Origin: Candidatus Omnitrophota bacterium
GTDB lineage: Bacteria > Omnitrophota > Gorgyraeia > Zapsychrales > Fredricksoniimonadaceae
Direction of reading: 5' to 3'
Length of the DNA stretch: 64,000 bases
Assembly (NCBI GenBank): GCA_044225175.1
Contig: JBGAJA010000002.1
Coordinates: forward strand, 600,991-664,990
The notes under the pieces are model-generated. The model saw only the letters and a list, made by a program, of their open reading frames with translations. It was not told where the DNA came from and did not search any database. Positions within the stretch are counted from its first letter, which is position 1. Each line of letters opens with the position of its first letter. The position numbers were made by a program, and so were the translations under genes. Below, one piece after another: positions 38,661 through 47,262 of the stretch.

Positions 38661-39109
38661 GATTAGAAATATTTACCGACGGGGCATGTTCAGGTAATCC
38701 TGGGCCAGCAGCCATCGGAGTTGTTATTAAGAATCAAAATCAAACGATCAAAGAAATATCTCGCGGCATTGGTCAAGCAACGAATAATATTGCTGAATAC
38801 ACGGCATTGATTGAAGGATTAAAAGAGGCTGTTTCACTGAAAGCTGATGAAGTTCTAGTTACAACCGATAGTGAGCTAATGTATAAGCAAATTATGGGTA
38901 GCTACAAAGTAAAGCACGAAAATATTAAACCGCTCTTTGACCAGGTTAAAAATTTAATACAAAGTTTTAAACAAGTTGAGTTTAAGCATGTGCTTCGCGA
39001 TAAGAATCACGAAGCGGATAAACTCGCTTCTTTAGGTTTAAAAACAAGTCAGGATGGCTACCCCGATACTAAAGGTATGGGGGAGGAAAGTCCGAGCTCC
39101 AAAGGATAA
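38657..39109 (+). CDS. rnhA: Ribonuclease HI (3' end overlaps rnpB)
   Basis: FTDGACSGNPGPA, ATNNIAEY, TDSEL, HVLRDKNHEADKLA. Confidence 0.95.
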   Translation: MRLEIFTDGACSGNPGPAAIGVVIKNQNQTIKEISRGIGQATNNIAEYTALIEGLKEAVSLKADEVLVTTDSELMYKQIMGSYKVKHENIKPLFDQVKNLIQSFKQVEFKHVLRDKNHEADKLASLGLKTSQDGYPDTKGMGEESPSSKG

Positions 39110-39387
39110 TGCATCCCGATAATGCGGGACCGTTAGGGTTAAACCTAATGAGGATTTCCGCCGAAGGTGGACCAGCCTCTGGCTGGAGAGCTACAGTGAC
39201 GATGCCCTTAATTGGGAGTGAAACGAGCAATCTCTGCATGGAGCAATGCCAAATAGGAGAAGAGAGTCGATCCGGCTCGTTAATATTCTCGGGTAGGCTG
39301 CCAGAATTTCGGGCGTAAGCGCGAAAGTTAGTCAAATGGCCATCATCCCCTTAAAAGGATACAGAACTCGGCTTATATGACTTGTTT
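39042..39387 (+). ncRNA. rnpB: RNase P RNA
   Basis: P1 AAACAAGTCA/TGACTTGTTT, GGGGAGGAAAGTCCGAGCTCC (CR-I), CTACAGTGACG, GTGAAACG, GGAGCAA, GGGTAGGC, ACAGAACTCGGCTTA (CR-V). Confidence 0.95.
39157..39186. repeat. 30-nt twin-hairpin palindromic insert within rnpB
   Basis: TCCGCC-GAA-GGTGGA CCAGCC-TCT-GGCTGG splits the AGGATT|AGAGCTACAG segment. Confidence 0.75.
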
Positions 39388-39437
39388 AATTTATCAATCA
39401 ATGAAATAAACGTATCAATAGTGGAGGGTCAGAAAAC

Positions 39438-40196
39438 ATGTCAGGTCATTCAAAATGGGCAAAAATTAAACATAAAAAAGGCGCGGAAGATGCTAAACGC
39501 GGGATGGTATTTACTAAAGTAAGTAAAGAAGTCACAGCTGCAGCCAAAGAAGGCGGTGGTAATTCTGACACCAATTTTCGTTTAAGGGCTGCGATTGCTA
39601 AAGCTCGTGAATGCAATATGCCACAGGCTAATGTTGAAAATGCAATCAAAAAAGGTACTGGGGAATTGCCTGGTATCGTTTATGAAACAGTTATTTTTGA
39701 TGCGTACGGACCTGGTGGTGTTGCTATGTTAATCGAAGGGTTCACCGACAACAAGAATCGTACAACAGCAGAAATTAGAAACATGTTAGGCAAAAAAGGC
39801 GGATCATTAGCTGGCGCTGGTTCAACAGCATGGATGTTCACCAAGAAGGGTTATATTACAATTGATACAGCTAAAGCTTCTGAAGATGTGGTCATGGAAG
39901 CTGTTCTTGAAGCTGGTGCTGATGATATTAAGACAGAAGGCGATACGATTGAAGTTGTTTGTGATCCAACTGCCTTTGAAAAAGTTAAGGGCGCTTTGGA
40001 TGCTAAGAAGATTGAAACTGTTTCTGCAGAAGTTACCATGATTCCAAGCTCAACTGTGAAAGTTGAAGGCCCTGATGCAAAGAATGTGTTAGGTTTGATG
40101 GAAAACTTAGAAGAACATGAAGATATCACACACGTTCATGCTAACTTTGACATTTCAGATGAAGAAATGGCTAAATTGGCTGAGGAAGAAGAATAA
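39438..40196 (+). CDS. yebC: YebC/PmpR family protein
   Basis: MSGHSKWAKIKHKKG, YGPGGVA, TDNKNRT. Confidence 0.97.
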   Translation: MSGHSKWAKIKHKKGAEDAKRGMVFTKVSKEVTAAAKEGGGNSDTNFRLRAAIAKARECNMPQANVENAIKKGTGELPGIVYETVIFDAYGPGGVAMLIEGFTDNKNRTTAEIRNMLGKKGGSLAGAGSTAWMFTKKGYITIDTAKASEDVVMEAVLEAGADDIKTEGDTIEVVCDPTAFEKVKGALDAKKIETVSAEVTMIPSSTVKVEGPDAKNVLGLMENLEEHEDITHVHANFDISDEEMAKLAEEEE

Positions 40197-40214
40197 AATT
40201 CCGAGGTACTTCTT

Positions 40215-40703
40215 GTGCGCATACTAGGCGTTGATCCTGGACTTCGTGCTACTGGGTTTGGACTGGTAGAAATAAAAGCAGGCAGCGGCATCAAGATTGT
40301 CGACGCGGGAAGCATTGAACCAAACGAAAAAGCTTTATTCGAACATCGTATTTCTAAAGTTTACGAATTATTATCAGGAATCATTAGTACACATAAACCT
40401 GATGTCCTTGTTCTTGAAAAGCTCTACGCACATTACAAACACCCCACCACAGCCTGCATTTTAGGCCATGTTCGTGGGGTGATTTGTTTATTGGCCCATC
40501 AGCACAAGGTTAAGCTTGAAGAGCAAAGTGTTAAACGTATTCGTCAGGCATTGGTGGGAAACGGAAATGCCACCAAAGTTCAAGTTCAGATGTTCGTCAA
40601 AAGGCTTCTTCATATTGAACAATCCGAGTTAACGTTAGACACCAGTGATGCTTTAGCACTTGCCTTAGGCCATGCACACATGCTGAAATTCAAATTGATA
40701 TGA
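40215..40703 (+). CDS. ruvC: Holliday junction resolvase RuvC
   Basis: ILGVDPGL..TGFG, VLE, GHVRGV, GNGNATK.QV, D.SDALALAL. Confidence 0.96.
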   Translation: MRILGVDPGLRATGFGLVEIKAGSGIKIVDAGSIEPNEKALFEHRISKVYELLSGIISTHKPDVLVLEKLYAHYKHPTTACILGHVRGVICLLAHQHKVKLEEQSVKRIRQALVGNGNATKVQVQMFVKRLLHIEQSELTLDTSDALALALGHAHMLKFKLI

Positions 40704-41329
40704 TTGCATCCATTAAAGGTAAAATCGTTGAGTACTTAGAAAATACGGTCATATTAGAGGCCGGTGCTTTAAGTTATGAAGTTTTTGTGCCTGTTTCTGT
40801 TTTACAGCGTCTGCAAGAAAATCAAGATAGCGATGGCAATGTTCGTTTAATTACGTATCATTATTTACAGATATCCCCTGCAAGTGCTAATGAGATCTTA
40901 GTTGGTTTTTTAAACGAAGTTGAGCGTGATTTTTTCCTAGACTTTATCAAGGTTTCCGGAATTGGCCCAAGGGCTGCTGTCAAGGCTCTTAATAAATCGA
41001 TCGGTGAAATTGCACAGGCAATAGAGCGCTCCGATACTAAATACTTAAAGGGATTACCTGGCATTGGTGAGCAGAAAGCCAAAGAAATTGTTGCCAAGCT
41101 GCAAAGCAAAATGAGCAAATACACACTCATTCGCGATAAGGTGACAGAAGTAGCTCCAAAAAGAAACTCGTCAGATTTTGAGGAAGAAGCTCTTACGATT
41201 TTGTTACAATTACAGTATAAAAAGTCTGAAGCCGAAGACATGATTAAGAAAGCTTTAGATCGAAACAACAAGGTCACTACCTCAGAAGAACTTTTAAACG
41301 AAATCTATAACCAGAGGAAATCCAAGTAA
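40700..41329 (+). CDS. ruvA: Holliday junction branch migration protein RuvA
   Basis: MIASIKG, HhH motifs VSGIGPRAA and LPGIGEQKA. Confidence 0.95.
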   Translation: MIASIKGKIVEYLENTVILEAGALSYEVFVPVSVLQRLQENQDSDGNVRLITYHYLQISPASANEILVGFLNEVERDFFLDFIKVSGIGPRAAVKALNKSIGEIAQAIERSDTKYLKGLPGIGEQKAKEIVAKLQSKMSKYTLIRDKVTEVAPKRNSSDFEEEALTILLQLQYKKSEAEDMIKKALDRNNKVTTSEELLNEIYNQRKSK

Positions 41330-42036
41330 TGGACGAACAAATTCAACACTATAAAAGTCCTATCGAAGCTTTGTTATTTGTTAGCGACAAACCAATTGTT
41401 TTAGACCAATTTAAGACAGTCTTTCCTGAGCTTAAACCATCTCAAATCACTGAGATCGTTAAACAACTGCAAGAAGAATACGTGAGCCGCGACGCAGGAA
41501 TTGTTATTGTTGATATTGCAGGCGGATGGCAAATGCTCTCCAACAGCAATGCTGCAGGTGCTATCCGTGAATTCTATAAAACAAAGTCTAAAGAAAAGCT
41601 TTCTAGAGCATCCTTAGAATCTTTAGCCATCATCGCTTACAAACAGCCTGTCAGTCGTGGTGAGTTAGAGATTATCAGAGGTGTTAACTGTGATGGACCG
41701 GTGGCTCACCTATTAAATAAAGGTTTAATTGAGATTGTAGGGCGCAAGGAAGTTGCAGGTCGTCCGTTTATCTATGGAACGACCAAGGCTTTCATGGAAT
41801 ATTTTGGTTTAAAATCTTTAGAAGACCTGCCTAAATTAGAACAGTTATCTCAACTAGATCCAGAGCAGGGCGAAGTCATTGTTGCTGGAGGAAATGATAA
41901 AATTGATACAGCTTTAATGGAAGCTAGAAATGCCCAGCAAGAAGCTCAAGCGGTTGCTATCGAAGAAGCAGCTCAAGAAACAAGCGGACAATCAAGATTG
42001 GAAACTGTTCCAGAAGAACAAAACATATCGAGTTAA
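41329..42036 (+). CDS. scpB: Segregation and condensation protein ScpB
   Basis: IEALLF, IAGGWQM, LSRASLESLAIIAYKQPVSR.E.E.IRGVN, GRPFIYGTT..F..YFGL..L.DLP. Confidence 0.96.
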   Translation: MDEQIQHYKSPIEALLFVSDKPIVLDQFKTVFPELKPSQITEIVKQLQEEYVSRDAGIVIVDIAGGWQMLSNSNAAGAIREFYKTKSKEKLSRASLESLAIIAYKQPVSRGELEIIRGVNCDGPVAHLLNKGLIEIVGRKEVAGRPFIYGTTKAFMEYFGLKSLEDLPKLEQLSQLDPEQGEVIVAGGNDKIDTALMEARNAQQEAQAVAIEEAAQETSGQSRLETVPEEQNISS

Positions 42037-42038
42037 TC

Positions 42039-43100
42039 ATGGATATTCAAGATCTAAGAAAAAAAATAGATGCTTTAGACTCTAAAATCGTAGAACTTCT
42101 TAATCAAAGAGCTCAAATTACCTTAGGCATTGGTCAGCAAAAGATTAAAAGCAAATCTTCGATCTATGCGCCTGCTCGTGAAAAACAAGTATTGGACCGT
42201 ATTAAGGCATTAAGCAAAGGCCCTTTAAACAAAGAAGCTCTTGAAGCCATTTATCGTGAGATTATGTCTGCTTCCTTAGCTCTTGAAAAACCCTTACGTA
42301 TTGCCTATTTAGGCCCTGAGGCAACATTTTCCCATTTAGCAGCTATTAAAAGATTTGGTTCTTCTGTTGAACACGTTTCTTGTGAAAATGTTTCAGAAAT
42401 TTTCAGTAAGGTCGAGCATGGGGATTGCGATTATGGCGTTGTTCCTATTGAAAATTCGATTGAAGGTGTTGTGACCCACACCATCGATTTGTTAGTTGAT
42501 TCAGAACTTAAGATTTGTTCTCAAATCCTTCTGGATGTTTCCCATAATCTTATGTCTAAAGGTGCTTTAACATCGATTAAGAAGATCTATTCTCATCCCC
42601 AAGTTTTCGGCCAATGCCGACAGTGGCTTCTAAAGAATATGCCTGGCGTTGCACTCATTGCCGTTGATTCAACAACCAAAGCAGCACAGATAGCTTCCAA
42701 AGAAAAGAATGCTGCATGTATTGCTTCTGAAATTGCAGCGTCATTGTATGGTCTTAATATTCTAAAGAAGAATATTCAAGACAGCGCACATAACATTACC
42801 CGTTTCTTAGTACTTTCTAATACAGACACACCAGCCACAGGTAAAGATCGTACCTCTTTGGTTTTTTCCATCAAAGATAAAGTGGGTGCTTTGCATGCCA
42901 TGTTAACCCCATTTTCTAAGAACAAGATTAATCTCACTAAGATTGAGTCTCGACCATCCAAGAAAAAGGCTTGGGATTATTACTTCTTTATTGACCTAGA
43001 AGGACATCAAGCCAGTCCTCACGTCAAGCGTGCTTTGAGCCAACTCGAAGGCATGTGCAAGTTCATGAAGATCCTTGGTTCTTATCCAATCGTTGAATAG
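42039..43100 (+). CDS. pheA: Chorismate mutase/prephenate dehydratase (P-protein)
   Basis: LRKKIDALD CM domain, YLGPEATFS, VVPIENSIEG, NITRF, NLTKIESRP ACT domain. Confidence 0.97.
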   Translation: MDIQDLRKKIDALDSKIVELLNQRAQITLGIGQQKIKSKSSIYAPAREKQVLDRIKALSKGPLNKEALEAIYREIMSASLALEKPLRIAYLGPEATFSHLAAIKRFGSSVEHVSCENVSEIFSKVEHGDCDYGVVPIENSIEGVVTHTIDLLVDSELKICSQILLDVSHNLMSKGALTSIKKIYSHPQVFGQCRQWLLKNMPGVALIAVDSTTKAAQIASKEKNAACIASEIAASLYGLNILKKNIQDSAHNITRFLVLSNTDTPATGKDRTSLVFSIKDKVGALHAMLTPFSKNKINLTKIESRPSKKKAWDYYFFIDLEGHQASPHVKRALSQLEGMCKFMKILGSYPIVE

Positions 43101-43118
43101 TACTTTCAATATTTTTAT

Positions 43119-43147
43119 TTGACAAACGCTAAGGCACCGGGTATAGT
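43119..43147 (+). promoter_or_regulatory. sigma70 promoter of cspA
   Basis: TTGACA-17 nt-TATAGT. Confidence 0.8.
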
Positions 43148-43180
43148 TGCGTCGTAGTAAATAAAGCGCAGAAGAGTCTT

Positions 43181-43226
43181 AAACCCGTAAAGTTAAGAAT
43201 CATGGCTTTACGGTTTTTTTGTTTTG
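43181..43226 (+). terminator. Terminator-like hairpin in the cspA leader
   Basis: CCGTAAAGTTA-agaatca-TGGCTTTACGG followed by TTTTTTTGTTTT, between the promoter and the cspA RBS. Confidence 0.65.
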
Positions 43227-43271
43227 CCGTTATTTACTTACAATGTATAGGAAAAGGAGGTAGTAAATAAT

Positions 43272-43472
43272 ATGGCAAAAGGTACAGTAAAGTGGTTTTC
43301 CGATCAAAAAGGTTTCGGTTTCATTACTCCAGAGTCAGGTAAAGATGTATTTGTGCATCACAGTGCAATTCAAGGTGAGGGCTACAAATCATTAAGTGAA
43401 GGTCAAGCAGTTGAATTTGACATCACAACCGGTCCTAAAGGAGAACAAGCTCAAAACGTAGTAAAAGTTTAA
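43272..43472 (+). CDS. cspA: Cold-shock protein
   Basis: [24 protein letters not shown]; AAGGAGGT RBS. Confidence 0.98.
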   Translation: MAKGTVKWFSDQKGFGFITPESGKDVFVHHSAIQGEGYKSLSEGQAVEFDITTGPKGEQAQNVVKV

Positions 43473-43490
43473 GCTTTGAAAATCCAATCC

Positions 43491-43523
43491 AAAGGCCCAC
43501 GAAAGAAATTTCGTGGGCCTTTT
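43491..43523 (+). terminator. Intrinsic terminator after cspA
   Basis: AAAGGCCCACGAAA-gaaa-TTTCGTGGGCCTTTT. Confidence 0.92.
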
Positions 43524-43551
43524 CTTTTAATCATATCGCGATATCCTTCCG

Positions 43552-43580
43552 TTGACATCCAGGACATCTGCTCGTATAAT
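43552..43580 (+). promoter_or_regulatory. Consensus sigma70 promoter of the hisC-aroF-tyrA-cmk operon
   Basis: TTGACA-17 nt-TATAAT. Confidence 0.88.
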
Positions 43581-43621
43581 GCCTCGTTTATAAATGGATA
43601 TATAAGAAGGATTTAAGTTAA

Positions 43622-44701
43622 GTGCAAGTAGCTAATAAGTTCATTTTTGACATCAACCCTTACATTCCGGGAAAGCCCATTGAAGAGGTTAAACGCGAGC
43701 TCAAGTTAAAGAGCGTGATTAAGCTTGCTTCCAATGAAAATCCCTATCCACCATCTCCTAAAGTCATATCTGCAATCCATAAAGCTGCTCGCGAAGTCAA
43801 TCGCTACCCTGATGGCGGTTGTTTTGTGCTTCGCCAAGCTTTAGCTAAACACCTCAAAGTTAATGAAAATCAGCTCATTTTTGGCAATGGTTCCGACGAG
43901 ATTATCGTATTGGCAGTCAAAGCTTTTGTGGCCAAAGGTGATGAGGTTGTGATTGCAAGACCATCATTTTTAATTTATGAAATAGCCTGTCGTTTGGCAG
44001 GGGCCAAGATCCATGAAGTCCCTTTAAAGAATTTCTGCTACGACCTAGAAGGGATTAAATCTAAGCTAAGTAAGAACACTAAGATTGTCTTTATTGGGAA
44101 CCCTGATAATCCAGCTGGAACATATATTAATGCCAAGCAAACGGAAGATTTTATGAAAGCTGTAAGTCCTGAAACTTTAGTCTTCTTTGATGAAGCTTAT
44201 TTTGAATATGTACATGCCAAAGATTATCCAGATACCTTAAAGTTTATGAAGAAGTATCCTAATATAATAACCACACGTACATTTTCTAAGATGTATGGCT
44301 TAGCTGGCCTTCGTGTTGGTTACGGGGTAGCGTCCCTTGAAATCATTGATATCCTCAACCGTTTACGTGAACCATTTAATGTTAATTCCTTAGCCCAGGT
44401 GGCTGCTGTGGCTGCGTTAGCTGATAAAAATTATTATCAGAAGATTGCTAAAGAAGTCGAAGTTCAGCGCAAATATATCTACAAGAGCCTTAAAACTCTT
44501 GGATTGAGGCATGAAGTTAGTCACACGAATTTTATTTTAATTAAAGTCGCACATGCTAGTGAGATTTCGAAAGGCCTTTTAAAAAAAGGTGTGATTATTC
44601 GAGATATGACCGTTTGGGGATTATCTGATTACATTCGAGTATCGATCGGCACAGCGAGTGAGAACAAACGATTGATCAAAACATTGGGGGATTTATTATG
44701 A
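43622..44701 (+). CDS. hisC: Histidinol-phosphate/aromatic aminotransferase
   Basis: KLASNENP, GNGSDE, NPDNPAG, DEAY, RTFSKMYGLAGLRVGY. Confidence 0.96.
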   Translation: MQVANKFIFDINPYIPGKPIEEVKRELKLKSVIKLASNENPYPPSPKVISAIHKAAREVNRYPDGGCFVLRQALAKHLKVNENQLIFGNGSDEIIVLAVKAFVAKGDEVVIARPSFLIYEIACRLAGAKIHEVPLKNFCYDLEGIKSKLSKNTKIVFIGNPDNPAGTYINAKQTEDFMKAVSPETLVFFDEAYFEYVHAKDYPDTLKFMKKYPNIITTRTFSKMYGLAGLRVGYGVASLEIIDILNRLREPFNVNSLAQVAAVAALADKNYYQKIAKEVEVQRKYIYKSLKTLGLRHEVSHTNFILIKVAHASEISKGLLKKGVIIRDMTVWGLSDYIRVSIGTASENKRLIKTLGDLL

Positions 44702-45717
44702 TCGTGATTTTACGCCCGGATGCAACCGAGGCTCAAATTCAACACATTGTAGACAGAGCAACCAAGCTAGGACTTAAAAGTAATATTTCACGCGGTGTTG
44801 AACGCACTGTGATTGGTTTTATTGGGGCAGAAGATGCTCTTCGTGAAATTCCTTTAGAAGTCTTTCCTGGAGTAGATCAAGTTCTTCAAGTTCTAGCTCC
44901 TTACAAATTAGTTTCTCGCGAATTCAAAAAAGGCCAAGATACCATCATTAAATTACCATTTAATACAACGGTAGGCGGTAAGAAGATTGCTGTCATGGCA
45001 GGTCCTTGCTCGATTGAAAGCTATGAAGGAATGTTGTCTATTGCCAAGACGGTCAAGAAAATGGGAGGGAATATTCTTCGTGGAGGAGCATTCAAGCCTC
45101 GCACATCTCCTTATGATTTTCAAGGGCTTGGCGAAGAAGGTTTAAAAATTTTACAGCAAGTTGGAAAAGAAGTGGGGATTGTCACCATTTCAGAGGTTAT
45201 GGATACGCGCCAAGTGGAATTGGTTGCCAAGTATGTGGATGTTTTGCAAATTGGTGCGCGCAATATCCAGAACTTTTCTTTATTGAAAGAGGTAGGAGCT
45301 TGTAAGAAACCTGTTATGCTCAAACGAGGTATGTCCACATTTGTTAAAGAATGGCTGATGTCCGCTGAGTATTTATTGGCTCATGGTAATTTCGATGTCA
45401 TGCTTTGCGAACGTGGTATTCGTACATTTGAAACAGCTACTAGAAATACGTTAGATATTAATGCTGTTCCTGTTGCAAAGAAGCTGACTCATCTTCCAGT
45501 AATTGTAGATCCAAGTCATGGAACAGGAAGCTGGGAATATGTGGCTGCTGGTGCAAGAGCCGGAATTGCGGCTGGTTGTGATGGACTTATGATTGAAGTT
45601 CATGAAAATCCAGAAGAAGCTTTATCAGATGGCGCTCAATCGCTCATGCCAGATAAGTTCCAAGAATTAATGACCTCATGCAAACGTGTCGCTCAGGCTG
45701 TGGATCGAGATTTATAA
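44698..45717 (+). CDS. aroF: DAHP synthase, type I-beta with N-terminal regulatory domain
   Basis: AGPCSIES, LRGGAFKPRTSPY, QIGARN, LCERGIRTFE, IVDPSHG, SDGAQSL. Confidence 0.96.
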   Translation: MIVILRPDATEAQIQHIVDRATKLGLKSNISRGVERTVIGFIGAEDALREIPLEVFPGVDQVLQVLAPYKLVSREFKKGQDTIIKLPFNTTVGGKKIAVMAGPCSIESYEGMLSIAKTVKKMGGNILRGGAFKPRTSPYDFQGLGEEGLKILQQVGKEVGIVTISEVMDTRQVELVAKYVDVLQIGARNIQNFSLLKEVGACKKPVMLKRGMSTFVKEWLMSAEYLLAHGNFDVMLCERGIRTFETATRNTLDINAVPVAKKLTHLPVIVDPSHGTGSWEYVAAGARAGIAAGCDGLMIEVHENPEEALSDGAQSLMPDKFQELMTSCKRVAQAVDRDL

Positions 45718-45731
45718 TCTAAGGAAAAAAC

Positions 45732-46604
45732 ATGTTCAATCGCAAACAATTGTTTCGTCGAGTAGCTATTGTAGGGCCAGGGTTGATGGGGGCATCATTA
45801 GGGCTTGCAATCAAAAAGAAAGGTTTGGCTGGCCAAGTTGTTGGTATTGGTCATCACGAAACTTCTTTAAGAGAAGCTGCGGATGTAGGAGCCATTGATG
45901 AGAGTTTTTTAGATTTCAAGAAAGGTATTATTGGAGCAGATCTCATTGTTTTGGCAACACCTGTCGGGGGAATCTTAGAGTCCTTAGAAACATTAAGTAA
46001 AGATCATCAACGTGGATGTATTATTACTGATATAGGAAGCACTAAATCAGCTATAGTTGAGAAAGCTGAAAAGATTTTGCCACATACTGCTCTTTTTGTT
46101 GGTTCTCATCCGTTAGTTGGTTCAGAAAAACAAGGGCCAACCTATGCTAATGCTGCTTTGTATGACAATGCTACATGCATTATGACTCCTACAGATAAAA
46201 CAAATCGTCTAGCTAAAGAGAAGATCAAGCATTTCTGGACTCAATTAGGAACACAGGTCAAAATGATGAGTCCTCAAGAACATGACGAGGCTTTAGGGTT
46301 CATTAGTCACTTGCCGCATGTGATTGCATTTAGTCTAATTAAAGCAATTCCAGATCAAATTTTAGAACTGGCACCTCAAGGATTAAGAGACACTACCCGC
46401 ATTGCATCCTCCGATGCCAAAGTATGGAGAGATATTACGTTATCCAATAGTAAAAATGTGCTTAAAGGTGTGGATGAAACAGTTAAAGTTCTAGCTGCCA
46501 TTCGCAAGGCAATTATTGCTTCAGACAAGCAGGGTTTAGAAGATATTTTTAAATCCGCTAAAACTAAACGTGAAAGTATTGAAGGTCGCCATGGAAAAAG
46601 TTAA
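45732..46604 (+). CDS. tyrA: Prephenate/arogenate dehydrogenase
   Basis: VAIVGPGLMGASL, TDIGSTK, GSHPLVGSE, HDEALGFISHLPH, DTTRIA. Confidence 0.95.
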   Translation: MFNRKQLFRRVAIVGPGLMGASLGLAIKKKGLAGQVVGIGHHETSLREAADVGAIDESFLDFKKGIIGADLIVLATPVGGILESLETLSKDHQRGCIITDIGSTKSAIVEKAEKILPHTALFVGSHPLVGSEKQGPTYANAALYDNATCIMTPTDKTNRLAKEKIKHFWTQLGTQVKMMSPQEHDEALGFISHLPHVIAFSLIKAIPDQILELAPQGLRDTTRIASSDAKVWRDITLSNSKNVLKGVDETVKVLAAIRKAIIASDKQGLEDIFKSAKTKRESIEGRHGKS

Positions 46605-47262
46605 TCATTTAATCATCACTTTAGATGGGCCAGCGGGAGCTGGAAAAAGCACGGTAGCTAAAAGTTTATCTAAACGTCTGGGAATTACGTATTTAGATAC
46701 TGGGGCTATGTATCGAGCGCTCACGCTTAAAGCTCTTCGTCAGAAGATCAATCTTGAAGATGAAGAAGCTTTAACTAATTTGGCTCAACATACCGTGATT
46801 GATTATAAAGAAATGCCTGATGGTTCTCTTAATGTCACCTTGGATGGTCAGGATGTTTCTAAAGAGATTCGAAGCTTAGATGTGACAAACAATACTTTTT
46901 ATGCAGCAAAGACCGCGGGTGTTAGAGAAATTATGGTCAAATGGCAAAGAGAAATTGGTTACAAACGTTCTTTGGTGACAGATGGCCGGGATCAAGGAAC
47001 TATTGTCTTTCCAGATGCAAATTATAAATTTTACATCGATGCGAATATTGAGGAGAGAGCCAGACGTAGATTGAAAGAACTCCAAGAAGCAGGTAAGCAA
47101 ATGGATATTGCTCAGATGAAGAAAGAAATTCAAGAGCGAGATAACAAAGATTTAACTAGAAGTGTGGGTCCCTTAAAGAAAGCAGATGATGCGATTGTGA
47201 TTGATTCAACAGGCATGACCATTGAAGATAATGTTGATGCAATCATGAAGCATATTAAGTAA
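46591..47262 (+). CDS. cmk: Cytidylate kinase
   Basis: ITLDGPAGAGKST, YLDTGAMYRA, DGRDQGT.VFPDA; ATG at 46591. Confidence 0.97.
   Translation: MEKVNHLIITLDGPAGAGKSTVAKSLSKRLGITYLDTGAMYRALTLKALRQKINLEDEEALTNLAQHTVIDYKEMPDGSLNVTLDGQDVSKEIRSLDVTNNTFYAAKTAGVREIMVKWQREIGYKRSLVTDGRDQGTIVFPDANYKFYIDANIEERARRRLKELQEAGKQMDIAQMKKEIQERDNKDLTRSVGPLKKADDAIVIDSTGMTIEDNVDAIMKHIK

Noticed and set aside
39069-39335. ORFs 39109..39318 (+) and 39069..39335 (-)
   Set aside because: They lie within RNase P RNA and are spurious translations
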